Shown here one piece after another: positions 11,660 to 19,436 of a DNA stretch of 32,000 nucleotides. The notes under the pieces are model-generated. The model did not search any database, was not told the origin of the DNA, and was given only the letters and a program-made list of their open reading frames with translations. Origin of the DNA: Candidatus Saccharimonadota bacterium. GTDB taxonomy: Bacteria > Patescibacteriota > Gracilibacteria > UBA1369 > 2-02-FULL-48-14. Where the stretch lies: the NCBI GenBank assembly GCA_041661045.1, contig JBAZVE010000001.1:1080001-1112000 (forward strand). The letters run 5' to 3'. The translations under genes and the position numbers were made by a program. How positions within the stretch are numbered: the first letter of the stretch is position 1; the number at the start of each line of letters is the position of its first letter.

Positions 11660-13529
11660 AAAGCGCAGATTTTTGACTTCTATAAAAGCATTTTCTCTCA
11701 TTGAGATCTTGCTCGCTATTTTTGTATTTTCTTTGTTTTCAACGGGGATGGTTTACCTCTCTTTGGATACCGCTTCCCGTGCGGTGCAGGTGGAACTCAA
11801 GAATGAAGCCCTGCTGTATGCGGAGGAGGGGATTGAAGCCGCTCGAAATATTCGAGATCGCAACTATTTGGATCTTGTCGCTGGCTCTTATGGCTTGAGC
11901 TTCTCTTCGGATACTTGGTCTTTGGGAGCAGCTCCGGAAACCATCGATGGCTACTATCAACGAACCGTTTTGGTTGAAGATGTGTATAGGGATGGAAACG
12001 GAGATATTGTTCCTATGGGAGCTTTGGATCCGGAGACCAAAAAAGTGACAGTTACGGTGGATTGGAATTGGAAAGCTTTGTTCCCAAAATCTATTTCTTT
12101 GGTCACTTATCTTACAAATTGGACCGGAGATGAATGGATGCAAACCACTTGTACCGAATTTGCCGGTGGGACCTTTACGGACACCAGTGCTTTGGCCAGT
12201 ATTGCTCCTCCAGCGGACAACTGCACCGTTGAACTCACCCTGGTGGAAGGGCAAAGTGACTTTTTTTGTTCGGTGGAGGCGGGGTCTCACGGAACCGATA
12301 TTGTGATGGCGGATGATTATGCGTATTTCACTACCGGGAACTCAGGGAGTGGGCTTATTACGGCGGACATGTCCGCCTTGGGTGAAGCGGAAAGTGAGAA
12401 TTGTGACGATGAATTTGATGAGAAGGAAGTCGACATAGGAGGGAAGGGACGGTTTTTAGTGAAGAGTGGAAATTACCTTTATATTGGAGTTCAAAGCTCG
12501 AGCAAGGGCTTGGCGGTGGTGGATGTTTCGGATCCGGATGATCCGGATTTGGTGAGGCAAATCAACCTTGGAGGTTATGGGAATCAGCCTTTTGTGAGCG
12601 GGAATACCCTTTTCATGGGGGTCGAAAAAAGCAGCAACAGTTTTGTGGCTTACGATATCAGCAGTCCCTCCAACCCCGTCTTTTTGGGAGCATACAACCC
12701 GAGTGCCGCGACAAGGACAGTGGAGATCAATGGCAATTATGCTTACATTGGAATCGATAACGCTTCCTCGACGCTTCGGGTGGTGGATATTTCCAATCCA
12801 TCTTCCATGAGTTCTGTTGCCTCACTCAATTTATCTGGAAGAGCGTACGCCTTGGAATACTATTCGTCGGTTCTTTATGCGGGTACGGACAGTGCCACCA
12901 GTTCTTTAAAAGTTATTAATTTGAGCAATCCCTTGAGTCCCACTTTAAGTTCTTCAATGAATGTGGGTGGCAGTGTACAAGATCTTAAAGTCGAAGGGGG
13001 GTATTTGTATGCGCCCACGGATGTCACAAACAATGCTTTGGCGGTCTTGAATGTGAGTACCCCGCTGGGGCCGGAGATCACCTATTATGCGGATCTTTCC
13101 GGGAAGGGGACGGGGGTGGATACCAATGCGGACAGGGTTTTCTTGAGCATCGATACCGCCAATGAGGGCTTGGTGATTCGAGACACCGTGAATGTTGAAT
13201 TGGCCAGCCCCGGTACCTTTACTTCAGAGGCTTTGGACACCGGAAGTGTGGATACGCGGTTTAATTTTATTGAATGGGAGGCCACGGTGCCGATGACGGG
13301 CTCTATCAGTTTTCAACTGCGTACCGCCAATTCCTCCGCCGCACTCTCTTCCGCCACTTGGGTTGGGAGCGACGGAACCTCTGCCACTTCTTATACCACT
13401 TCTCCCACCGTGATTGTTTTGGATCCTGCTCGCAGCGGAAATCGATTTATCCAAGTAAAAATCACCATGACTTCTGATGGAGTTTCGACGCCCGCTTTGG
13501 AAAGTTTTTCTGTTAATTACAACCCATGA
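11640..13529 (+). CDS. Large minor pilin: prepilin N-terminus + PilX-N-like region + roughly 7 LVIVD-type beta-propeller repeats + C-terminal beta-rich domain (629 aa)
   Basis: SIKA|FSLIEILLAIFVFSLF prepilin motif. ALLYAEEGIEAARN resembles the PilX N-terminal motif. Seven units of about 42-45 aa repeat the pattern GNYxYxG-x5-7-LxVVDxSxPxxP (nt about 12289-13190). The C-terminal 110 aa follow. Confidence 0.8.
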   Translation: MASLITKKRRFLTSIKAFSLIEILLAIFVFSLFSTGMVYLSLDTASRAVQVELKNEALLYAEEGIEAARNIRDRNYLDLVAGSYGLSFSSDTWSLGAAPETIDGYYQRTVLVEDVYRDGNGDIVPMGALDPETKKVTVTVDWNWKALFPKSISLVTYLTNWTGDEWMQTTCTEFAGGTFTDTSALASIAPPADNCTVELTLVEGQSDFFCSVEAGSHGTDIVMADDYAYFTTGNSGSGLITADMSALGEAESENCDDEFDEKEVDIGGKGRFLVKSGNYLYIGVQSSSKGLAVVDVSDPDDPDLVRQINLGGYGNQPFVSGNTLFMGVEKSSNSFVAYDISSPSNPVFLGAYNPSAATRTVEINGNYAYIGIDNASSTLRVVDISNPSSMSSVASLNLSGRAYALEYYSSVLYAGTDSATSSLKVINLSNPLSPTLSSSMNVGGSVQDLKVEGGYLYAPTDVTNNALAVLNVSTPLGPEITYYADLSGKGTGVDTNADRVFLSIDTANEGLVIRDTVNVELASPGTFTSEALDTGSVDTRFNFIEWEATVPMTGSISFQLRTANSSAALSSATWVGSDGTSATSYTTSPTVIVLDPARSGNRFIQVKITMTSDGVSTPALESFSVNYNP

Positions 13530-14029
13530 AGAATCGCTCCGCCACTACTCTCATTGAAATCCTTGTTTACTTCACTATTTTTGGAGTGTTTTTAACGGCA
13601 GCGTTTTCTTTTGCGATTCAGATTGTTAATCTCAGTGAACTGACTTCTCGTTTATATGAACTTGAGGCACAATCTTCCTTTGTGGAAGAGAATATGAAAA
13701 CCGCTCTTTTGACGGCGGAGGAGGTGGATGGGGCAAACAGTGTTTTTGATGCGGATGCCGGAATTTTGACTCTCACCATGAGTGAGGTGGAATCGAACCC
13801 TACGGTGTTCTCCGTCTCGAACGGGCAGATTTTTATGCAAGAGGGGGCGGGAGCCGCGGAGGCTTTACATTCCTCCTTGCTTCAGGTTACTTCTTTACGG
13901 TTCCATCGGATCACTTATGATAAAACTCCGGATCAAATTCAGGTGGACGCCATCTTCACGGTGCCCTCCGACCTCGCAAATATTGATGCAGACCTTTCTC
14001 TTCACTTTACCATTTCCCTTCGTCCATGA
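13526..14029 (+). CDS. Minor pilin / pseudopilin (167 aa)
   Basis: MKNRSA|TTLIEILVYFTIFGVFL (E at +5, T rather than F at +1). ATGA overlap with the upstream stop. Confidence 0.7.
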   Translation: MKNRSATTLIEILVYFTIFGVFLTAAFSFAIQIVNLSELTSRLYELEAQSSFVEENMKTALLTAEEVDGANSVFDADAGILTLTMSEVESNPTVFSVSNGQIFMQEGAGAAEALHSSLLQVTSLRFHRITYDKTPDQIQVDAIFTVPSDLANIDADLSLHFTISLRP

Positions 14030-14415
14030 AAAATCCACAAGCTTCCGTTGCGCTCATTAGTATTCTGATTATTTCAGCTTTCACGCTGCTCCTTTTGGTG
14101 GCAACTTCGATATCGGGCCTCTCCAATGCGGATCAATCTTTCAACTTTGATTCCTCAAAGATCAGCTATTATGGTGCGGAAGCTTGTTTGGAGGAAGCCT
14201 TGCTTCGTACGGAGCAGGACGCGGCTTTTACCACCACTACTCTTTCTTTGGATGAAGACACCACTTGTTCGGTGACCGTTAGCGGCGCCAATCCCAAGAC
14301 GGTTTTGGTGACGGTGGATTTTCTGGAGTACAGTCAGAGCTTTCAAGCCACCGTTTCCATCACTCAAAACGGACAAATTTACAACAATGAACTTTTAACT
14401 TGGGAAGAAATTTAG
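14026..14415 (+). CDS. PilX/GspK-like minor pilin lacking Glu5 (129 aa)
   Basis: N-terminal hydrophobic helix MKNPQA|SVALISILIISAFTLLLLV without E5. YYGAEACLEEALLR resembles the PilX-N motif. ATGA overlap with the upstream stop. Confidence 0.55.
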   Translation: MKNPQASVALISILIISAFTLLLLVATSISGLSNADQSFNFDSSKISYYGAEACLEEALLRTEQDAAFTTTTLSLDEDTTCSVTVSGANPKTVLVTVDFLEYSQSFQATVSITQNGQIYNNELLTWEEI

Positions 14416-14439
14416 TGTAGTATTGATTCACCTCGCCTC

Positions 14440-16071
14440 ATGTTCCTATTCTCCAAAAATATTCTGGGCATCGACCTGCATGATCACCTTGTGCAGTTTG
14501 TTGAATTGAAGAAAAGAGGCAAAAAGTTTTCTTTAGAGGCGTACAATCGTTTAACGATTCCGGAGGGTTATATTCAAGATGGAGAAATAAAAAAAGAAGA
14601 AGAGCTTAAAGAACTCCTTAAGAAGCTTTTGAAGGAGGCCAACCCCAACCCGGCACGATCTAAAGAAATTGCGCTTATTTTACCGACTCAAGTCACTTTT
14701 ATTCACATTTTTCACTTTCCCGCAAATTTATCGATCTCGGATTTGAGGAAACTCATTCCCGTGGAGGTTGAAAATATTTTGCCATACGCGGCGGCGGAGG
14801 TGTATTGGGACTTCACTATTCTTGAAAAACATAAGGATGACGGGCAGAGTGTTTTGTTTGCCGCCACCCCAAAAGTTTCCGCGGATCAATACTTGAAACT
14901 TTTTAATGAGCTTGGCTTTAAATCTGTTCTTTTTGGCATACAGCCGGAGGCCTTGCAAAACGCTTTGGCTTATAAATTGGTTCCTGAGGAAACCACCATG
15001 GTGGTTGAACTCGGAGCTTTGGCCACCAATTATTTGTTCTTAAATGGATCTGTCATTCAGAAATTCGTGAGCATCAACGGGGGTATTGAGGATCTTATCC
15101 AAACTTTGAGTCGCAATTTTTCTCTGTCTTCCGATGAACTGTGGGCCAACTGGGAGCAGCATAAAACAGAGGAGCGCTTTCAACCCGATCTGAATGCCTT
15201 TATTGAGGAGGCTTACAAGCAAGTGCAGACCATACTTAAAGAAACCCTCGGGCTTGAAGAAAAAAACTTAAAGGGCCTGCTCTTTACCGGAGAGTTCTCG
15301 AACCTCCCTTTATTTTATGAGCGGGCTAAGGAGACTTTTGTAGGGAAGACCGTGCTTATTGGAGATCCTAAATCCAGGTTGATTATTGATGATAAAAAGT
15401 TTGCATCCGACCCCGAGAAATATGGAGGGAAGGTGCCTTATTCCATTTATTTTACGGATGCCATTGGAGTGGCGCTCAGGGCTCTTTATGGGTCGGGGCG
15501 AGCGCTCAATCTCATTCCGGACACCCTCAAAGCACATTTTTCTCAACAAAGGTTGGCGCTCATTATGGGTGCGAGCTCTCTTCTCATGACGCTTTGTGCC
15601 GCCTTTTTTACTTCTTCGGTTTTTTATCAAAATCGCCAGCTCTCTTTTTCTCGCTTGAATCTTGAAATTCAGAAATCCGGTATTGAAAAAACATTGTTTG
15701 GAACCCGGTACATTGGTGTCAAAGAAGAGCTTACCGAGTTCAACAAGGAGGTTACGGCTTTAAAGAAAATCGATCAAACCCTTATCTCTTTGCCTCTCGT
15801 TTTGGAAGATGTCCTGGAACTGATCCCGAGCCAGGTTCAAGTTTTGGCGATTGATTTTATAGACGAGAGTCTTTCTGTGGAGATCACAGGGATTTCCACC
15901 AGTCGAGAGGCGCTTCTTGCCTTGCAGGACAATTTGGAGGCGGCTGAGTTTGTGAAGGACTTTGATATTCCTCTTTCTTCTTACGACCAAAAAACCGACA
16001 CTTCTTTCACGGTTTCCATTCTCTTAGATTTTCCTCATCTTCCTTTTTATGCAAGCTCAGAAAACAATTGA
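14440..16071 (+). CDS. PilM-PilN fusion protein (543 aa)
   Basis: N-terminus ILGIDLHDHLVQFVELKK, with an actin-like PilM fold pattern over about 350 aa. One TM helix LALIMGASSLLMTLCAAFFTSSVFY (nt about 15553) follows, then about 150 aa of coiled-coil and periplasmic domain, as in PilN. Confidence 0.7.
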   Translation: MFLFSKNILGIDLHDHLVQFVELKKRGKKFSLEAYNRLTIPEGYIQDGEIKKEEELKELLKKLLKEANPNPARSKEIALILPTQVTFIHIFHFPANLSISDLRKLIPVEVENILPYAAAEVYWDFTILEKHKDDGQSVLFAATPKVSADQYLKLFNELGFKSVLFGIQPEALQNALAYKLVPEETTMVVELGALATNYLFLNGSVIQKFVSINGGIEDLIQTLSRNFSLSSDELWANWEQHKTEERFQPDLNAFIEEAYKQVQTILKETLGLEEKNLKGLLFTGEFSNLPLFYERAKETFVGKTVLIGDPKSRLIIDDKKFASDPEKYGGKVPYSIYFTDAIGVALRALYGSGRALNLIPDTLKAHFSQQRLALIMGASSLLMTLCAAFFTSSVFYQNRQLSFSRLNLEIQKSGIEKTLFGTRYIGVKEELTEFNKEVTALKKIDQTLISLPLVLEDVLELIPSQVQVLAIDFIDESLSVEITGISTSREALLALQDNLEAAEFVKDFDIPLSSYDQKTDTSFTVSILLDFPHLPFYASSENN

Positions 16072-16600
16072 TCGGTTGCCAAAATTATTCCATGTTTGCA
16101 TGGTTTTAATGCTGTTCTTTTTTGCGGCGAGCATCATTTTGGGAATTTCCAACAAAAAATTAGCTTTGGATATTGAGGTTTTGGAGATCTTTTTGTTGAG
16201 TGCTGCGGAGGTGAAGCCCAACTTTGAAGAAAGTTTGAATTTTTATACGGAAGGAGCTCAAGATGCCATTGATTATGTTCAAACGCTTCGTCCGGATTCT
16301 GAAGGAGAATACATCGATTTTATTTCCAGTGTTGAGGGCATTGGCCAAAACTTGGCTTTGGATGTGAACCTGGAGTCGCTCGATACACCCAAGCCTGACA
16401 ATTTGGGGAGCGTACTGCGCTATCGCGTGGAATTTTTTGGAAGCCGCAATGACTTGATCGCTTTTCTAAAAGAGCTGGAGGCCCTTCCTTACTATGTTCG
16501 GGTTGAAACCCTTCAATACAAGTCTTTGGAGTTTGCGGTAGGGCCCCAGGGGCAATTGGCTCAGAATGTCGTTCTAACCCTTCAGCTGTATGTTCGATAA
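16049..16600 (+). CDS. PilO-like bitopic membrane protein (183 aa)
   Basis: Single N-terminal TM (VCMVLMLFFFAASIILGI) plus an extracytoplasmic domain. 23-nt overlap with pilMN. The call rests mainly on gene order. Confidence 0.45.
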   Translation: MQAQKTIDRLPKLFHVCMVLMLFFFAASIILGISNKKLALDIEVLEIFLLSAAEVKPNFEESLNFYTEGAQDAIDYVQTLRPDSEGEYIDFISSVEGIGQNLALDVNLESLDTPKPDNLGSVLRYRVEFFGSRNDLIAFLKELEALPYYVRVETLQYKSLEFAVGPQGQLAQNVVLTLQLYVR

Positions 16601-16775
16601 AATTTTTCTACCATTTTACATTATTCTGGCTCTTTTTATTGCCATGTTGATTTACTTGAGCACGGTTTATTTTTATGAGCCGAATGGGGAACTCTCTCAC
16701 GACGCTTCCGTGGAGATCAATTTACCGGTGATTCAACTGGACGATTATTTAAATTTGTCAAAAAGCTTGAGGTAG
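16590..16775 (+). CDS. Small single-TM protein (61 aa), possible pilus accessory component
   Basis: TM helix FLPFYIILALFIAMLIYLSTVYF. 11-nt overlap with the upstream gene suggests coupling. No family recognised. Confidence 0.3.
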   Translation: MFDKIFLPFYIILALFIAMLIYLSTVYFYEPNGELSHDASVEINLPVIQLDDYLNLSKSLR

Positions 16776-16814
16776 AGTAATTTTATTTATAGTAATTATT
16801 CATAACCACGCCCT

Positions 16815-17261
16815 ATGAACCGTCTTCATAAAAAGGCCTTCACTCTGATTGAAGTCCTCCTTGTGATCGTGATTATTGCCATTTTGGCAGGAATCGTGAT
16901 CATTGCCGTTAATCCCGGCCGTCAGATTTCTCAGGCCAACAATTCTCAACGCAGCAGTGATGTGTTGGCGATTTTAGATGCCGTACACCAGTATGGTATT
17001 GAGAATCGAGGTACTCTTCCGGCTGCTATCACTGCTACCGCAACGGTGGTGGGCAGCGGAGCTACAGAGATCGATATTTGTACGGACCTTGTTCCCACTT
17101 ACCTCACAGCCATTCCTTTTGATCCCAGCACCACCGGTGCCGGATACACGGACTGCACCACTTATTCTTCCGGCTACACGATTGCCGTGGATGCGGATGG
17201 TCGAGTAACGGTTGCGGCTCCAGATGCTGAACTTGCTGAAACCATTTCAGTGACTCGATAG
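16815..17261 (+). CDS. pilA: Major type IV pilin (148 aa)
   Basis: MNRLHKKA|FTLIEVLLVIVIIAILAGIVIIAV is a canonical N-methylation/prepilin motif with E5. Two Cys near the C-terminus (ICTD...DCTT). Last gene of the locus, followed by a terminator. Confidence 0.85.
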   Translation: MNRLHKKAFTLIEVLLVIVIIAILAGIVIIAVNPGRQISQANNSQRSSDVLAILDAVHQYGIENRGTLPAAITATATVVGSGATEIDICTDLVPTYLTAIPFDPSTTGAGYTDCTTYSSGYTIAVDADGRVTVAAPDAELAETISVTR

Positions 17262-17278
17262 TTTCTGATATTTAAAAA

Positions 17279-17307
17279 GGAGGGTGGACAACCGCCCTCT
17301 TTTTTTA
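17279..17307. terminator. Bidirectional rho-independent terminator between convergent pilA and the minus-strand operon
   Basis: GAGGGTGG-ACAA-CCGCCCTC is an 8-bp stem with one G:U pair, flanked by AAAAA on the left and TTTTTTT on the right. Confidence 0.65.
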
Positions 17308-18702
17308 TGCTGCTTTTTGCAGCATGAGTGCCCTCACACCCTCTAAACTTTCGCGGTCACCTGACTCCAAGCTGTCTTCTTTTAGTAATTCCTTGCACCA
17401 GTGAAGATTCTCCTCTATTAATCGATTTTTGCGCTGAATGAAGATGGGTTTCCCCTCTTCTATCTCCTCCATCATTTCAATGATGTCCGGCGTTTCTAAA
17501 ACCGTTCGTATCTGCGTTTGGAGTTTTTGGATTTTTAATGTATGAAGATTATTGAGTCGATCTGCAGCCTTAACTCTTAGCGTAACTTCTCGTTCTTCTT
17601 CCGGGAGCGGGAGCATTTGTCTTTTTAAGTAGCCGGGATGGTCCTTTTCATCTTCCGGTTTGGTGAGAGCTTGGATTCCTCTTAAAATCAGAGCCCCTTC
17701 TTCTTCTTTTCTTCGATACATGATATTGGTTTCCCCAGATATGGATGGATATCTTTTTCGTGTCAGTCGATCTTGGATTCCGGTGTCCCAGGTCGGTTTT
17801 TCTGCCAGTTTTTGTTTTAAGAATCCGATCCCAAGATTCCGATGATCTTCCGCATAATCGTGACCTTCGGCTTCGGTTACTCCAAGCTTCATGTTTCTGA
17901 AAATGGCCTTTCTCTTTTCCGGATCGGGCTCCATCTCCAATTCCAGACTGTATCCATTGATGACATCCACGCAAACGGAATAAATATGGTTCATGGTGAG
18001 CTGACCATCCTTTCTTCGGCGCTTCGCCTTGTTGTGCTTATGGCCTCCGGTGTGTACCGCACTGCGCACGGCCGCATAGTAGAGGTGTCCCAGTTGAATC
18101 ACTTCCGTCCACTCGATGAACTCGTCGAGGTCTTCTATACCGGTTTCAAAAGAGGGATCTTCTTCTTTTTTGTAAGCGGAAAGCAGTTGTAAAAAACAGC
18201 TCAAGTTTTGAAAATACAGCGCTTTTTTTGTGTAATGATGTCCTCTATCTTTATCTTCCTCTTCTTTTGAATACCCTTGGGTCTCTTGAGGGATGGAAAT
18301 GATGGTTTCGGGAGAAACACTTAGAAGTTCCGTGGCTTGCATTTGTATTCGAGCGTCTCTTATCCTTTTCAGGACGCCTTTCCCGGATTTTTCCCACATG
18401 GTATCCATGGATTGATCCAACTCTCTTTTGGCATTTTTTAGAGCGATGGCGCTTTCTTTGAGGGGATGATCTTCGTCCAAATGTGGCGGGAGCTGGATCT
18501 GATCAACGGCAAACTGAAAAATCCGTTCTTCTATTCTCCACATGGGGCGTTCGTCGATTTCCGCATAGGCGGGCTCCGCATGCCACCTTTCTTCCGGGAT
18601 GGGAAAGGGAGGTCTTTGATAATCAAAATCACCGTAGGATTCTTTTATTCCCTCATCTGTCCCTGGGTCTATTTCTCTGTTTGGAGATTGGGTGTCAGGC
18701 AT
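17305..18702 (-). CDS. Divergent HD-domain protein, SpoT/Mesh1-type (p)ppGpp-hydrolase-like, with an N-terminal extension of about 220 aa (465 aa)
   Basis: Three motifs in the correct order: RRRKDGQLTMNHIYSV (Arg/His), GHDYAEDH (HDxxED) and VKAADRLNNLHTL (ADRLxNxxTL). Spacings are longer than in canonical Rel/SpoT. No synthetase domain is present. Confidence 0.5.
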   Translation of the reverse strand: MPDTQSPNREIDPGTDEGIKESYGDFDYQRPPFPIPEERWHAEPAYAEIDERPMWRIEERIFQFAVDQIQLPPHLDEDHPLKESAIALKNAKRELDQSMDTMWEKSGKGVLKRIRDARIQMQATELLSVSPETIISIPQETQGYSKEEEDKDRGHHYTKKALYFQNLSCFLQLLSAYKKEEDPSFETGIEDLDEFIEWTEVIQLGHLYYAAVRSAVHTGGHKHNKAKRRRKDGQLTMNHIYSVCVDVINGYSLELEMEPDPEKRKAIFRNMKLGVTEAEGHDYAEDHRNLGIGFLKQKLAEKPTWDTGIQDRLTRKRYPSISGETNIMYRRKEEEGALILRGIQALTKPEDEKDHPGYLKRQMLPLPEEEREVTLRVKAADRLNNLHTLKIQKLQTQIRTVLETPDIIEMMEEIEEGKPIFIQRKNRLIEENLHWCKELLKEDSLESGDRESLEGVRALMLQKAA

Positions 18703-18713
18703 CGAGAAGGGGG

Positions 18714-19436
18714 CTACTTGGGTGCTTTCACGGTGTCGGCAGCCTTTTTAGACTCTTCATCCTTCTCTAAGGCCAGCTCATCGCCCGGGTTTATTTTTTG
18801 ACTGCGAGAGGTGAGAGGATTGTAGGTTTCGTAAAAAAGTTCAATCAGCTCTTCGGTATTCAGCTCTTCCACTTTAAGCCCGCAGCCTTCCAGTCCGGCT
18901 CGAACCGTGTTGGTGCGTTGGCTGAGGCGCTTTTTGAGTTCTTCAAATTGTCTTTGTCTTTGTTGAATTTTAACCACGCTGTCTTGTGGAAAAATATTTT
19001 CCAAGAAAGATTTTAAGAATCCACGGCGTTCTTGGCCGAAAGCTTCTTGAGGCACCACCACAAAGAATTGTTTCTCCATGATGTTGGCGTATTCCACTAA
19101 ACGACTGATGTATTCGGTGTATTCAAAAGTTTGTTTTTGCAGGAGAGGATTGGCTTGTTTGACGCCAATTTTCTTGAGTTTGATGATGTAGTCGTCCAAA
19201 TCCAACTTTTTGCTTCGCACCACAATTTGAATGGGGAATTCAAGCGTGTTGAGAAAGTTTTGGTAGGAGTAAATAACGGCATTTTGCTCTTGTTCAGACT
19301 TCAAACTGAGGTTGATGCTGGAGGTTTTGAGTACGCTCCGGAGCCCCCCATTCTTTAAAATCACGGTGCTGTCGTGGATTTCGGCGATTTTGAGATGCAT
19401 TTGAGTGCTCTCTTTTTTGGATTTTACTTTATTCAT
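18714..19436 (-). CDS. VirB4/TrsE N-terminal-domain-like protein without an ATPase domain (240 aa)
   Basis: IAEIHDSTVILKNGGLRSVLKTSSINLSLKSEQEQNAVIYSYQNFLNTLEFPIQIVVRSKKLDLDDYI matches, from memory, the N-terminal region of Gram-positive/CPR VirB4-like proteins. No Walker A or B motif is present. Confidence 0.6.
   Translation of the reverse strand: MNKVKSKKESTQMHLKIAEIHDSTVILKNGGLRSVLKTSSINLSLKSEQEQNAVIYSYQNFLNTLEFPIQIVVRSKKLDLDDYIIKLKKIGVKQANPLLQKQTFEYTEYISRLVEYANIMEKQFFVVVPQEAFGQERRGFLKSFLENIFPQDSVVKIQQRQRQFEELKKRLSQRTNTVRAGLEGCGLKVEELNTEELIELFYETYNPLTSRSQKINPGDELALEKDEESKKAADTVKAPK

Noticed and set aside
11210-14029. Possible alternative genetic code with UGA read as Gly, as in Gracilibacteria/SR1.
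   Set aside because: Several well-supported genes end at TGA with family-typical lengths, and ATGA stop-start overlaps occur at 11210, 13526 and 14026. UGA therefore functions as a stop.
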